NCBI GenBank assembly: GCA_054661495.1
Contig: BAAFSQ010000012.1
Coordinates: 30,001 to 62,000 of the forward strand
Reading direction: 5' to 3'
DNA from: Zygophlyctis sp. KS116
Lineage: Eukaryota > Fungi > Chytridiomycota
Length of the DNA stretch: 32,000 nt
The translations under genes and the position numbers were made by a program. Each line of letters begins with the position of its first letter. Within the stretch, counting starts at the first letter, position 1. Positions 31,732 to 32,000 of the stretch are shown here, one piece after another. The notes below the pieces were generated by a model. The model did not search any database and was not told the DNA's origin. It saw only the letters and a program-made list of their open reading frames with translations.

Positions 31732-32000
31732 ATGACTTTAATAAGATTGATAAATTTAATTGAATCACTACGAAAAAATCCTAATTTTACAAGGAAATGG
31801 GGGGAAATTGCTACACTATTTAATGGAAATTATGCTGATTCTGTGTATGAGAGTATTTTAAACTTGATAAAACGAGACTTAAATGTTCAGAAAAGACTAG
31901 ATGATACAATAAAGGCAATTTTAGTCATGATGGACAAGTTTCCAATGGAATTTCAGATAAAAATAATTTCAATTTTTAAGGATTTAGAGATTGATAATGA
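31732..32000 (+). CDS. Unknown protein, 5' part (open to the window end)
   Basis: ATG 1 nt after the YPT7 stop opens 89 uninterrupted codons, MTLIRLINLIESLRKNPNFTRKWGEIATLFNGNYADSVYESILNLIKRDLNVQKRLDDTIKAILVMMDKFPMEFQIKIISIFKDLEIDN, which look amphipathic-helical. Family not recognised. Confidence 0.55.
   Translation, partial: MTLIRLINLIESLRKNPNFTRKWGEIATLFNGNYADSVYESILNLIKRDLNVQKRLDDTIKAILVMMDKFPMEFQIKIISIFKDLEIDN

Noticed and set aside
31277-31768. 163-aa minus-strand ORF
   Set aside because: Antisense to YPT7, reads through its introns, and has no recognisable domain.
1-32000. Alternative genetic code, stop readthrough or mass pseudogenisation suggested by fragmented ORFs
   Set aside because: Breaks in conserved genes are resolved by short introns under the standard code, and TAA, TAG and TGA all serve as true stops.
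1-32000. tRNA, rRNA, spliceosomal snRNA, CRISPR array, transposon or selenoprotein/SECIS
   Set aside because: I saw no cloverleaf or B-box, no U1/U2/U5/U6 hallmark sequences, no repeat-spacer array, no transposase or RT motifs, and no in-frame TGA at a conserved Cys position.

Overview
AT-rich, extremely compact eukaryotic DNA, most consistent with a zoosporic (flagellated, chytrid-like) fungus. This is inferred from fungal-type TOM1, SEC6, DOT1, YOP1, TPA1 and YPT7 alongside the cilium/centriole genes HYLS1 and MORN3 and the HROB gene. The ORF track is fragmented because genes are split by more than 50 tiny spliceosomal introns, nearly all 23-35 nt. Manual splicing gives about 18 protein-coding genes and one pseudogene, in order: Mei2-like RRM protein (5' truncated), pyroglutamyl peptidase I, TPA1/OGFOD1, TAD3, YOP1, HYLS1, NCS6/CTU1, TOM1/HUWE1, SEC6, a collapsed LigB/DODA pseudogene, HROB, a cyclin K/T-like gene, an NRPS-condensation-domain-like protein, an atypical Rab-like GTPase absent from the ORF track, DOT1, a CNG/CNBD-family channel, MORN3, NDUFA12, YPT7/RAB7 and an ORF running off the end. 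Main observations: (1) a stand-alone, catalytically degenerate NRPS condensation domain split by a coiled coil-SAM-like-coiled coil insertion; (2) prokaryote-like packing, with a TAATG stop/start overlap, a TGAAATG junction, two convergent pairs with overlapping stop codons and a 12-nt head-to-head gap, suggesting polycistronic or overlapping transcription; (3) a non-prenylated Rab-like GTPase lacking the G3 aspartate; (4) an apparent GT-TG intron in RAB7; (5) a CNG-like channel with no recognisable selectivity filter. All assignments come from reading motifs by eye; no database searches were run.
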